NCBI RefSeq assembly: GCF_025526975.1 | Contig: NW_026515680.1 | Span: 558,001 to 622,000 of the forward strand | Length of the DNA stretch: 64,000 nucleotides | Source of the DNA: Fimicolochytrium jonesii | Taxonomy: Eukaryota | Reading direction: 5' to 3' | Shown: one piece after another, positions 1-9,970 of the stretch | Numbering within the stretch: position 1 is the first letter of the stretch | How the letters are laid out: the number at the start of each line of letters is the position of its first letter | The notes under the pieces: generated by a model | Told to the model about the DNA's origin: nothing | Databases searched by the model: none | Seen by the model: the letters and a program-made list of their open reading frames with translations, nothing else | Made by a program: the position numbers and the translations under genes

Positions 1-1
1 A

Positions 2-1453
2 ATCCAACTGCAAATCATTTTCTATACGTTTAACTCCGTTACTTGCTGTGAGTTTCTCACCGAACGTGTTGTTACCATCGAATGTGATTGCACCTGAGAC
101 AGATGGAGCGAGTTTGACTTGGTTCGAATTCTCTAATTTCATTCCGCCATTTCCAGGTTGAAAAGTTAGTCCTATCGCAATTTTATCATTTACGATGCGA
201 ACACCTTTATTGTCAACGATAGCCGACGGATTTACTGAAAGATTTTGTGAAGAGTCAATTGCTAAACTTGCGTCCGTTCTCACGTCAACAATACGCCTTC
301 CGTTACTCACGCCAGAAATGTCTATACCAGAACCCGCTTGATACAGTTGCTCTACGTACCCGGATGTCACTACTTCATCATTCGAAGGGTTGAAGTTGCT
401 TGTAACGTATATATGGGGAACATGTAATTCATTGAGTGTTTCATTATACGTAAAACTACTGTCTCCATTGAATCCGCTTAAAGCAGAGTAGAATGGAACC
501 TGTCCCATACCTTTCGAGCGGATAGCCAATTTTCCTCCTGTTTGTTGGAAATCATCAGATGTCTTCAAACGCACAACGGTTGTATCAACATCAGTTTCTG
601 ATCCCAAAAAGTCCGCTAGAGAATCGAAACCGGTCTCTAGAAGGTCATCGAGTGCTAAAGATCCTGCCTTGTCGTTGCTAATCGCCCCCCGTCCAACTAT
701 CACTGTATCAATATCCGTCTCAAGTTTGCTTTCATCGCTGAGTTTCAAACCTTTTCCATAATCAAGATGAATTACCTTGTCTGCATCTTTCGAAAGCGGT
801 TCTGCTACCTTCACTATTTCGTCAACAGTCGCTTCGATGTTCTCCTTAACGACCGAAAGTTGCCCGTTCACAACTGTCAAGGTCGAATCAAAGTCCAAAG
901 AGACTCCGCTGATGTCACGCGTCAACGGGGCTGTCAAAGGCTCTTTGACAACTGCCAACTTACCATTACTCACCTCCAATGAATCATCAAAATTCAATTT
1001 AAGCCCTTCATCGTCTCTTGACAAGGGTTCTTGAAGATCTTCTAGATCCGTTGGGGGAAAGTTAACAGTCAAACCTTCGTCGCTCACTGAAAGGGTCTGA
1101 TCGTGGAACAAATTGAGACCGTTTTCATTTACTCCAAGAGGCAGGTTTGTTACAAGGGAAACAGTTCTGCTTTCATCGTTCCTTTCGAGCGGAAATTCCA
1201 TGTTGTAAGGGATTACTTCAACAGATGCAATTCCGTTGGTCTTGTAAATAATAGCATCTTCGCTGTCAACAAGGTCGTTGATTTTTAATTCACCATTTTG
1301 GTTGTAGAGCGTCTTCACCTCGGCTGAATGAAATCCGGAGAGTTTTGTGTCTCCACTAAGGGCTTTCATATTTCCGGAAACATACGGGCTGTTCAACAGC
1401 GTATCGTTTAAATTTCGCAAACCGCTCGAATTTCTGCTGTTTAATCCAGACAT
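2..1453 (-). CDS. Fiber-like virion protein with adenovirus/reovirus-type beta-spiral shaft repeats (3' end outside window)
   Basis: Not in the ORF track because it has no stop in the window. Manual translation from ATG 1453 (MSGLNSRNSSG...) stays open to the left edge. Repeats include EPLSRDDEGLKLNFDDSLEVSNGKLAV, APLTRDISGVSLDFDSTLTVVNGQLSV and EPLSKDADKVIHLDYGKGLKLSDESKL. Confidence 0.65.
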   Translation of the reverse strand, partial: MSGLNSRNSSGLRNLNDTLLNSPYVSGNMKALSGDTKLSGFHSAEVKTLYNQNGELKINDLVDSEDAIIYKTNGIASVEVIPYNMEFPLERNDESRTVSLVTNLPLGVNENGLNLFHDQTLSVSDEGLTVNFPPTDLEDLQEPLSRDDEGLKLNFDDSLEVSNGKLAVVKEPLTAPLTRDISGVSLDFDSTLTVVNGQLSVVKENIEATVDEIVKVAEPLSKDADKVIHLDYGKGLKLSDESKLETDIDTVIVGRGAISNDKAGSLALDDLLETGFDSLADFLGSETDVDTTVVRLKTSDDFQQTGGKLAIRSKGMGQVPFYSALSGFNGDSSFTYNETLNELHVPHIYVTSNFNPSNDEVVTSGYVEQLYQAGSGIDISGVSNGRRIVDVRTDASLAIDSSQNLSVNPSAIVDNKGVRIVNDKIAIGLTFQPGNGGMKLENSNQVKLAPSVSGAITFDGNNTFGEKLTASNGVKRIENDLQLD

Positions 1454-1498
1454 TCTGTTATATTCAATGCATTACAAAATAAGATGTTGAACATTATT

Positions 1499-1612
1499 GG
1501 AGGCGTCATTTATTTTTTCACTTTTTTTTCCAACCGAAAATTCGTGTTCTCCGCAAGGTGACAACATGTAAAAGTTGTATAACTAATTTCACTTTGTCAC
1601 CCGTCGGAGAAC
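1499..1612 (+). repeat. Dispersed palindromic repeat copy 1 (67-bp core 1546-1612)
   Basis: GGAGGCGTCATTT leader, T-tract, then GTTCTCCG-N3-GGTGACAA-29bp-TTGTCACC-N3-CGGAGAAC. Confidence 0.95.
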
Positions 1613-1649
1613 GACGAATGTTTTTTTAATTAAAGCATTATATAAGGAC

Positions 1650-4631
1650 TTAATCGCAATTCAAGATATCGAACTCTTCGAATGATAGCAACGCTTCTGC
1701 TATCTTACCAAGTAACAATCCATTTGTGTCCCATGTGTACCGTTTCTTATTCTTACGTTTCTCTTTCGTTTTAACAATAATTGGTGCACAAAAATAAGCA
1801 TTGATGATCTTTGCGTATAGGTCCATTCTGTACGTTTTCGGTCGGTGAAACATTTTAAAAGATCTTTGTATGTCTCCAAAAGGTGAGTTACAGACATGCT
1901 CTGGTCTGATTTCCCCTTCGATTGTTAGATTATTGTCCTTGTAAAACTTGTGGACTATTGGGGCGCATTTTATGTCGTGATACAGTTCTTGACCTCGTTC
2001 TAACCTGCCAAAGTTATTTACTGCGTAGACGGTATCCCTGTACGTGTCCCAGTAGATTTCAACAAGGTTTTCAGTAACCACACTTCTAAATAGATTTCTG
2101 AATCTGAATTTTTTAACTTGAAGAATCTGATCGACATCTGCTTGGAGGGCTTCGATCAATCTTTCAAGTCTCTCACACTCTTCTCCTGAGATATCCTTAA
2201 TGTTATGCCATGAGAACATATTGAATCGACTGTCGAAACAGGCGCTTATTAAATGACGTGCATCCTTTTCCAATGCAAAGCATGTTTTGCTGCATAGTTT
2301 GATGTTACATAGATCTGCATACAATTTGAACAGATCCTGTGCCGATTTGTGATGTTTATCCGCGAAACTCTCTGAATCCATATGCGCGGCTAAGGTACGA
2401 AATCCATCGGATTGTGAAACAATCAGTCGATCCTGCTTTACTGCCTTCATGAAAGGTTCCGTAAACAGAATCCATATCTCATTCGAAAGTGGCCTCCGAA
2501 TTCTTGCCAGTAATTGGAAAAAGTCCCGGTACGATATACAAGCCGGATTGAAAATGCCAAAAACCCGGTCAAACGGGCGCATCCCTTCTTTTACATCATA
2601 ATTCACGCCCACCGCTAAAGCAGCGTTTCCAACCACCACTCGCACAGCCGGATTTCCCCATACCTCCTCAATATTTCTCAGATTCTCCTTGTCTTTTTTG
2701 CGATCCGCGTGGATACCAATTATTTCTGTTCCACGTTTCCATTTGTATTTTGCCATTAGCGTCGAAACAATGTTTTCCACCCCATCAAATGCGGAATGAA
2801 CCTTTCGGGAACCTTTTGCTCCCGATGCGATAAAGATCTTTTCCCCTTTATCCAGACTGTTGAACATTTTCGCATAAAGATCTTCTATTTCTTTGCAATA
2901 CTTGATCTCTCGTTGCGGAGGAGGAACACTCGATCCAATAATGAAACTTTCACCTCCAATGTCTCGAATCAAATCGGTTGTCGCTCTAGTAAGAAACCCG
3001 TCCATCCAAATTACCTTCTTTGCTGACGCCAACAGGCGCATGAAATTCTTCCAATGTTGAGATGGGTTACCATGGCATTTTGCATCGTCCGCAAAACTTC
3101 GCAATAACGTTTCGCACTCATCAATGACAATTATATCGTAAACTCCCCTTGCTAAGTAGATCGACTGAATGGAACATACGAGATAGGGATGATGCACTGG
3201 ATTTTGTTTCTCATCGGGTCTGTAATCCAGATAATATTTCCATTGGGTGATGCCTGTTTTTTCCATTCTTCCTCTTTGTTCATTTGTCAACGCAATTCTA
3301 CATGTTGTCCAAAGCGCTGTCAATTCTTTGTCCCCCTCCAATAATTCTTTGAGATAATCAATGGTACTTCCACTTTTGTTACCGCCGAGCGAAACATGCA
3401 ATACAATGTGTTTATAATTGTCACCCAAGTGAAGATCCGCTGAGGATAACCATCTTGAGTCAATGCGATGATTGAACTCTTTGTTTATCGCATTTTCCAT
3501 TACTTTGTATGGCGTCGACTTTAGAATGTTTCCGTTATAAACAGCAACCAAACACGCTTTCATGAAGTTCTCCGAAATGGGCTTCGACTGTACATCCACC
3601 CGATTCCAAAAGTCTATATATTTTGCTTTGCGTTGCGGAGTGCTATCCTTTTTCGAATTCCACTCCCAAAACGACGCAAAGGTGATACCTGCCATCTTAC
3701 ACCAACGACCGATCTCACTGCATAACCAGTTGGACAATTCAAACGTATCCCCACGTTTAGGGTTTGGCATGTGCGCTAGAAAATGCAGCGGATCCCCTCT
3801 ATAGATATCTAGGGTTTCCGGAGGTTCCAAGTTCATTCTCGGTATTTGACCCGGATAGTAGCGACCTTTTCTCGCTTGTACCGAGCCCTCGTCATTTTCT
3901 CGTGTTCTCTTCCGGAGCGCTGGAGCCCCGGTCGATAGAAAGTTTTGAAGTTCGGAAACATTCTTTACGTGGATGCTGTCCTTTGGAATACCATGCATGA
4001 TCGTGTGATCCAAAATGTTATCAGAACCTTCTATTATCTCCTGGACTCGTCCGTCACCTTTGGATTGGTTTACATATTTCATCAAGCCGTTCGCTCTGTA
4101 GATATTCATGTCAAATCCAAGTTCCTTATACATGGCACAAAACTGCTTAATCGGGTCAAGTTCGCCCACATTCAGAACGTGGTAGTTATTCACAACAATG
4201 TGATATGAGAATTTCAGAGTATCGCCCTTTTCCCCCACACTTCCCGAAATATTCATGGAAGCATTCGGAAGAATCGATCGAATCCTTTTTTTTACCTTCT
4301 TAATAGGATCATTCCAAAGATTTCCCGTATAATCAATATCAAACATTAGTTTCATCATTCTATCAGGATGCATAACTTCAAATAGTCCTTTGTCATCTTT
4401 CAGCAAATCCTCCAGTTTAGAGCATTCTACGATCGCATATTGGCAGTACTTTTTCTTCACCATCTCACCTTCCTTTTTTCCCTTTGCTTCATAATCTCAA
4501 ACATGGGCAACGAGGCATTGCTCAGGCCCACATCTCTCCATCAACGTTTCCATAACCTTTTTCGCTGTGTTCCTATTGGTGTAGAATGATAGACCATACT
4601 TATTGATTTTGGTGTAATTTGCAATATCCAT
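1650..4631 (-). CDS. AEP primase-polymerase fused to UL9/origin-binding-protein-like SF2 helicase (937-aa ORF 1650-4463; N-terminal extension from ATG 4631 broken by a frameshift and a TGA)
   Basis: AEP motifs KLMFDIDY, KFSYHIVV and FDMNIYRANG. SF2 motifs SLGGNKS, IVIDECE, WMDGFL, ALAVGVNYD and QLLARIR, the arrangement typical of UL9-like helicases. Confidence 0.8.
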
Positions 4632-4786
4632 TGTGTGTGAATTGGATGTTTAACAGATACATAATTTTTCTGCTTAAATAAACTTTACCTGTCTACATCC
4701 ATTCGACAATCAAATATCATTTCTGACGTTCTCCATCTCAATCGAATAGTTACTGTCGTAATAGTTTCAATTTCAAGGATCGAGTT

Positions 4787-4899
4787 GTTCTCCGATTGGT
4801 GACAAAGTGAAATAAGTTATACGACTTTTACACGTTGTCACCAATCGGAGAACAAGAATGTTCAGTTTGGAAAAAAACGGAAAAATAAATGACGCCTCC
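4787..4899 (-). repeat. Dispersed palindromic repeat copy 2, inverted (core 4787-4853)
   Basis: Reverse complement of the same leader plus core; nearly identical to copy 4. Confidence 0.95.
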
Positions 4900-4959
4900 C
4901 TACACCGCACCATTAGATTTTCGGTTTGGCTGTCAATACGACTATATGGAGTCCAAATG

Positions 4960-5081
4960 GGAGGCGTCATTTATTTTTCCTTTTTTTTCCAACGAGAAAC
5001 GTGTGAGAAGCATTGTTCTCCGCAAGGTGACAAAGTGTAAAAGTCGTATAACTTATTTCACTTTGTCACCAATCGGAGAAC
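4960..5081 (+). repeat. Dispersed palindromic repeat copy 3 (core 5015-5081)
   Basis: Same leader and 67-bp core; sits back-to-back with copy 2. Confidence 0.95.
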
Positions 5082-5132
5082 GATTGGGGCTCGCGGTTAA
5101 ATGGCGTAAAACACTTTATCTCACAACAATAA

Positions 5133-5390
5133 ATGGACGAATTCTACAGAAAACACAATATAAACGAAGAGGAGGTTTCGGCCGAACTTTTCAAGAAGGA
5201 GATAATGGATGAGATTCTTGAAAAATTTGATAAAGGTGAATTGACATACAAAGGGAAAGGGGGTGTAGAATTACAAGTGACTTCTTCTAAACAAGCGTAC
5301 GCAATGGCATGTACGATATCAGATAAAAGGTGGAAAAGGAGGAAGAACAATCAAGAATCAGTGGGGAGTTACTTTCGGAAGATTGCTTAG
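5133..5390 (+). CDS. Small hypothetical viral protein (85 aa)
   Basis: ATG-initiated ORF after an A-rich leader; plausible charged composition; tiles with neighbouring ORFs. Confidence 0.55.
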   Translation: MDEFYRKHNINEEEVSAELFKKEIMDEILEKFDKGELTYKGKGGVELQVTSSKQAYAMACTISDKRWKRRKNNQESVGSYFRKIA

Positions 5391-5572
5391 TCGCTATCAG
5401 CATCCAACTTGAAATCGACCGGTTCCTTTTTCTTCAAATAACATTCATAACAATACGGTCGGTGTTTGATGAACGGAATCGTGGTTGTGCAATTATCCAT
5501 TTTACACTTACGAGTTCCCAGCGGATATATGATTTGACCTGCGGGGTTTCTTTTCGGATAGTACGGACGCAT
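5387..5572 (-). CDS. Small C4 zinc-finger protein, homolog of 27953-28141
   Basis: MRPYYPKRNPAGQIIYPLGTRKCKMDNC...YCYECY aligns with MRPWYPKRSPSGKIINPKGTRQCKTAEC...YCYDCW in element B. Confidence 0.8.
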   Translation of the reverse strand: MRPYYPKRNPAGQIIYPLGTRKCKMDNCTTTIPFIKHRPYCYECYLKKKEPVDFKLDADSD

Positions 5573-5692
5573 CGTTTCTTTGCTTTTCATTGCAATTAGA
5601 CCATCAGAAACGTATCTATTTAAGTTGCATTTTAGCAATCCCGTTTATGACAACTTGAAACGCGTTATGTCACTGAATGTAAATCCATAAAT

Positions 5693-7195
5693 TCAGTCAA
5701 TTCTGACCTTTTTGACAGGTCGAGTGGGCATTTGTTGCGTTTTTGTAGGGCGTTTTCGGATGCTTACAGTAGGTTCAACATCCGCGACGGTAAATGTTGG
5801 AGGTATCGCATAATCGATTCTTTCCTTTCCGCGTAGATTTGCGATAGGACGCAAGAATGAGGCTTTTTCTTGTTTCTTAACACGGGAAGCCACTGGATCA
5901 ACAATGGTCTCAACTCCAACATTTGCTTGAACTATTCGATGCATTCTAGATCGTTCCAAAACTTTTGGATCTATTAATTGAATTTCGTCTGCATCATCAA
6001 TCTTTCGTCGCTTTGATGACGGTTCCTTTCTTAGAGAAACCTCCGCTTTTCGTTTAACAGCGGGATTAATGGCTAACTCATCAGTGCGAGCACCGATTCG
6101 GGCTTGGGGTCTTGGTGATGGGATTGTGTTATCTTTAGCGAGTGCGGACAATCTCCGTCTTGCTGCGCCATCATCGTGTACCTCAATGTTAATTCCATCA
6201 GAAAATCCTACCAATTCCTGCTTGTTAAGTGTGGATTGCAATAGTGAGTCTTCTAATCTGTTCTTTATTCTTCGTTTGGTCGGATCAAAACGACGATCTT
6301 TCCTCACATTTCCAATAGGCGTCTTTCCAGGGGTTCGAACGAGATTACTCGTAACTTGTGTTTTTGATAAGAGTTCCTCAACCTTATTCGGGTCGCTGAT
6401 GGTGGTCAAAGCGATTTCTGGTTTGTTTTCTGCTCTTTCATTCCCAATATTGATCTCCGGAGGTATGTTATTTTCAATTTTAACTTCATCTTTTCCGATC
6501 ATATTAGGAAACGATCCGGGCATCATTGGCTCTTGATAATCAAGAGAATTGCTTACAACAGGTGCTTTAAGAACAGATGAACTTCCGGTTTTGACTTGGG
6601 CTGCTCCAGTAAGGTTATCAACAACGATCTCTTTTTCGTGCGTGATTATAACTGGGTGGACACGTTGACCGGACACATTCTTTGGCAAATCTGGGACTTC
6701 ATGTAGGTTAGCCGGTGCTTCAAACATCAAGCCGGTTTGCGCAGTTGTTTGCGCATCATAGTTATACACCCTACCTTCCGTGTCGGGGACGGGAAGGCCA
6801 CTCGTCGATGTGCTTGTCCCAATTGTGACGGTCTTGTTTCGCCGAGATGGTGTGATGCTATCCAGATAGCGTTCTTTAGCGCGATAGTCCTTCTCGGCTT
6901 TGATATATTCTAGACCATCTTTGTATGCTTGGGTATAGTGCTGTTTTGCAGATAACCGGAGGATTTCGGCGCTGGAAACACGCTCTTCATAAACTGGTTT
7001 GACATAATGTGTTTTGGTTGCAAGATCTTTGTCGTGGATGTTTCTATTCCAAGAATAAATGACATCTGGCCTTCCATTCTCATCTAGATTATTATAGTCA
7101 AGGGCTCGTCCGATTTGGTGACGCTGGAGATTCGGGATTCCTTTTGACCTGTTGATCCCTTGGAATTCCAGCACGTTTGCTTTATAGAATGCCAT
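5693..7195 (-). CDS. Hypothetical viral protein (500 aa) with low-complexity region and basic C-terminus
   Basis: Long intact ORF; NLS-like basic clusters (PSSKRRKID, PVKKVRID). Confidence 0.7.
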   Translation of the reverse strand: MAFYKANVLEFQGINRSKGIPNLQRHQIGRALDYNNLDENGRPDVIYSWNRNIHDKDLATKTHYVKPVYEERVSSAEILRLSAKQHYTQAYKDGLEYIKAEKDYRAKERYLDSITPSRRNKTVTIGTSTSTSGLPVPDTEGRVYNYDAQTTAQTGLMFEAPANLHEVPDLPKNVSGQRVHPVIITHEKEIVVDNLTGAAQVKTGSSSVLKAPVVSNSLDYQEPMMPGSFPNMIGKDEVKIENNIPPEINIGNERAENKPEIALTTISDPNKVEELLSKTQVTSNLVRTPGKTPIGNVRKDRRFDPTKRRIKNRLEDSLLQSTLNKQELVGFSDGINIEVHDDGAARRRLSALAKDNTIPSPRPQARIGARTDELAINPAVKRKAEVSLRKEPSSKRRKIDDADEIQLIDPKVLERSRMHRIVQANVGVETIVDPVASRVKKQEKASFLRPIANLRGKERIDYAIPPTFTVADVEPTVSIRKRPTKTQQMPTRPVKKVRID

Positions 7196-7244
7196 TTACC
7201 TAAAGGCATCAAATTTAATTCTGTGCCTATGTACAATAACAGAC

Positions 7245-7544
7245 ATGGCAAATTTCTTGAACAATCTGAAAAAAAAAGCGAATACTTTTATAACCAATGC
7301 TCCAAGTTATTATCACAAGGCGCGTTCATTTGCAAACAACGCTGTGAAGGTGGGACATAAAAGCGCAAAATTCATCACAAATGTTAACAATGCTGTGCAA
7401 GAATCTCCACTCTTCAACGAGAAGATCAAAGAAACTTCGCGTCGAGTGGATTCCACTGCAACAAAGGGGATTCACAGACTCGATGAGATTAATAGACAAG
7501 GTCAGGATTTCTTAGACAAAGTACAAGGTGGGACGATCGAATGA
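7245..7544 (+). CDS. Small basic amphipathic protein (99 aa)
   Basis: Intact ORF divergent from the 500-aa gene; helical N-terminus MANFLNNLKKKANTF. Confidence 0.6.
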   Translation: MANFLNNLKKKANTFITNAPSYYHKARSFANNAVKVGHKSAKFITNVNNAVQESPLFNEKIKETSRRVDSTATKGIHRLDEINRQGQDFLDKVQGGTIE

Positions 7545-7548
7545 AGTG

Positions 7549-9693
7549 TTAGGGGATGTGCTTTAGGATGTACTCGATTGTAGGTACGTTCATAGCGTTT
7601 CCAAGTAATCGCTTTCTACTTTTATCAGGGACAAATGCGGTGTATCCCACGGGAAACCCTTGTAACTTCTCGCGTTCCGAGCAGGTCAAAAGCCTGAATA
7701 CTCCATTTGCAGCGATAGCCAATTCATAACACTCGGTCGCTATGATGGTGTTACTTTTTCCATCGTCCCGAAATTTCACTGTTTGCTCCACCGTGTCCTT
7801 GTTGAACGCGGCAATGAGATCTGGGGGAGGAGGTTGTTTGAAGCATTTCCAATGGAGCGACTTTCCGGAATGATTGGGTTCTACTATACTGTCAATTGTC
7901 GGCGAAGGCACATCCAAAGGTTCCGGAACAAAGAAATTTGTCCAGTATAAACGGATTCGATTTTGTGCACAAAACGACGCGGCATTGAGTTTTTGCACCG
8001 TCGTAGACAAAAGTCCTTTCGAGATCTCCGCAATGCTTGCTGAATCCATAGGAACGTTTTCCATAATCACATATTGGGGTTGACAGTCGTTGCGGATTCT
8101 GACGAATTGTGTATACAAATCCGCCCGAGGATCGGTGAATTTAGTTTTTCCCGGATTGGCAAGCGAAAAAGGTTGACACGGAGGACCTCCGATTAACAGG
8201 TCAAAATCCGGTATGGTATTTGTTTTGATTTTGGTGATGTCTCCAAAGTTTTTATGTCGAGGATGATGCTCAACATAAACTTTTAAAGCGTCTTTATCTG
8301 TCTCGCAAAAGCCAACGCAAATGGCTTCGGGAAAGATTTTTCTTAATGCCATTTCGGCACCACCGATTCCAGCAAAGGCAGAAAAGTACCGCAATGGTCT
8401 TTTCTCGGAAATCTCCAGAATCCTTGGTATGCGCGTATTTAATCCGGGAATAAATCCATGGGTTCGAAAGACCTCGATGAATTTATCTGTATGTGGATAA
8501 TCTGCATCCGAGTCAATATACACGATCGTGCGTGAATAGACATCGTTCGAGATATGTGAATTCTTTGCCGAAAATCGCATGTCGTCCATTCGAACCTTTG
8601 CAGCGGCCGTTTTATCCCACGGGACTTTTCTCGTAAGGTGGCAACAAAGTCCCCGTGCGAGGGCGAACCTGCACCATTTCCGGTATGGACAATTCGGAAT
8701 GATTGCAATGATCCGTTTGATGTTTCCCTTTTTCATTTCCAACATTGTCTTTTCCCAAAAGTCGTTATGGAGGTAAGGTCTTTTCGCAGAAGTTTTCGGA
8801 CCATGTTGTAGAGCGTCGATTGCAGCACCAGGTGCATTAAGATAAACCCAATTGCTTTTTGTCCAATCAGACAACGTCAAAGCGTTGACAAATGTTCCGT
8901 CGACTTGTTCACCGTATACGGTTTTTGCAATGATCTTTGACTCGGGATTCCAGCACGGATCAAGATCAATTTCGCCACAAAATTTGGTGATCAGATTCAC
9001 CAGATATTGGGGCGTAATATACTCGTTTTCGGATCTTCCAAATCCAGTAGATATCGGAATATTCGGTCGTTTGGTAGTCTCCGAATCATCTTCGTCTGAG
9101 GTGTCTTGAGTAACCTCTTTTCGCTTTCTTAATCGGGAACTCCAATCTACTTCGTTCGTATCCCTTTCATTTTCGATCACATCTTCAATCTCTGTATCTT
9201 CATCTATCTCTTCATCTATCTCTGTGCGAGTGGTATCGTCCAACTGGAGACCGGGTTCGCCCGAAAGGTCAATGGCGGAATCGGGTGGTAGGTCTTCAAA
9301 TATTTCATCCATTTTGACCGCAATGACCATTTGACGAGAGCCAAAGTATTGAACCGCCTTTCTCCATATCTCAACATGAGTCAAATTTCGCTCTTTGTGA
9401 AGTTTATCCAACATGAGATAAAGCCCGATAGCGCAGGGCATTTTGTCCCGACCGAGTGTTTTCCCCATTTGAATAATAATTCGTCCGGCGCGGGAAAAGT
9501 TGTAACCGGCCGCTCTCGAAAGTTTCCATCTCGCTTTCAAATAATCGTCCGCTGCAGGATACGAAACCTTGTATAATTTCGCATCCAGTATGTGATGCAA
9601 AGCAATGCAGGTCTTGAGAAACCCGTCTCCGACATCAGGATTGATAATGAAATAAGTTGGGTCGATGTTTGCTTCATGAATGGCGAGAGCCAT
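7549..9693 (-). CDS. DNA methyltransferase fusion: N-terminal helical domain, phage Dam-like N6-adenine MTase domain, C5-cytosine MTase
   Basis: C5 motifs FAGIGG, GGPPCQPFS, MENV, QNRIRLYW, RLLTCSEREKLQGFP and LGNAM. Middle domain EYITPQ...DLDPC...VYLNAPG resembles phage Dam with an altered NPPY motif. Confidence 0.85.
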   Translation of the reverse strand: MALAIHEANIDPTYFIINPDVGDGFLKTCIALHHILDAKLYKVSYPAADDYLKARWKLSRAAGYNFSRAGRIIIQMGKTLGRDKMPCAIGLYLMLDKLHKERNLTHVEIWRKAVQYFGSRQMVIAVKMDEIFEDLPPDSAIDLSGEPGLQLDDTTRTEIDEEIDEDTEIEDVIENERDTNEVDWSSRLRKRKEVTQDTSDEDDSETTKRPNIPISTGFGRSENEYITPQYLVNLITKFCGEIDLDPCWNPESKIIAKTVYGEQVDGTFVNALTLSDWTKSNWVYLNAPGAAIDALQHGPKTSAKRPYLHNDFWEKTMLEMKKGNIKRIIAIIPNCPYRKWCRFALARGLCCHLTRKVPWDKTAAAKVRMDDMRFSAKNSHISNDVYSRTIVYIDSDADYPHTDKFIEVFRTHGFIPGLNTRIPRILEISEKRPLRYFSAFAGIGGAEMALRKIFPEAICVGFCETDKDALKVYVEHHPRHKNFGDITKIKTNTIPDFDLLIGGPPCQPFSLANPGKTKFTDPRADLYTQFVRIRNDCQPQYVIMENVPMDSASIAEISKGLLSTTVQKLNAASFCAQNRIRLYWTNFFVPEPLDVPSPTIDSIVEPNHSGKSLHWKCFKQPPPPDLIAAFNKDTVEQTVKFRDDGKSNTIIATECYELAIAANGVFRLLTCSEREKLQGFPVGYTAFVPDKSRKRLLGNAMNVPTIEYILKHIP

Positions 9694-9790
9694 TTTGTTG
9701 AAGAGTTTTTATGTTTGGACATTCTTGTGGAAATCGGTGGTTCCAAAGGAATGTAGTTGGCGATATTACGTAAACGCGCTTTGACAGGGG

Positions 9791-9903
9791 GGAGGCGTCA
9801 TTTATTTTTCCGTCTTTTTCCAAACTGAACATTCTTGTTCTCCGATTGGTGACAACGTGTAAAAGTCGTATAACTTATTTCACGTTGTCACCAATCGGAG
9901 AAC
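9791..9903 (+). repeat. Dispersed palindromic repeat copy 4 (core 9837-9903)
   Basis: Same leader and core; lies between the MTase start and the capsid gene end. Confidence 0.95.
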
Positions 9904-9970
9904 AACCAGGTGCCATTTGAATCGTTGAAACAAGTCGGGATTTGCTTGATAGAGATGGAGGTTATGCTAA

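Noticed and set aside
1546..1612. Canonical integron attC site
   Set aside because: attC runs RYYYAAC...GTTRRRY, whereas these cores run GTT...AAC, and they flank multi-gene modules rather than single cassettes. Recombination-site function is kept only as an alternative hypothesis.
1499..4899. Independent TIR transposon around the helicase gene
   Set aside because: No target-site duplication or transposase, and the same repeat occurs at four other sites.
4773..5212. Short ORFs with TCKSRITYFTLSPIGE (also 17237-17425)
   Set aside because: They are translations of the palindromic DNA repeat in different frames and strands.
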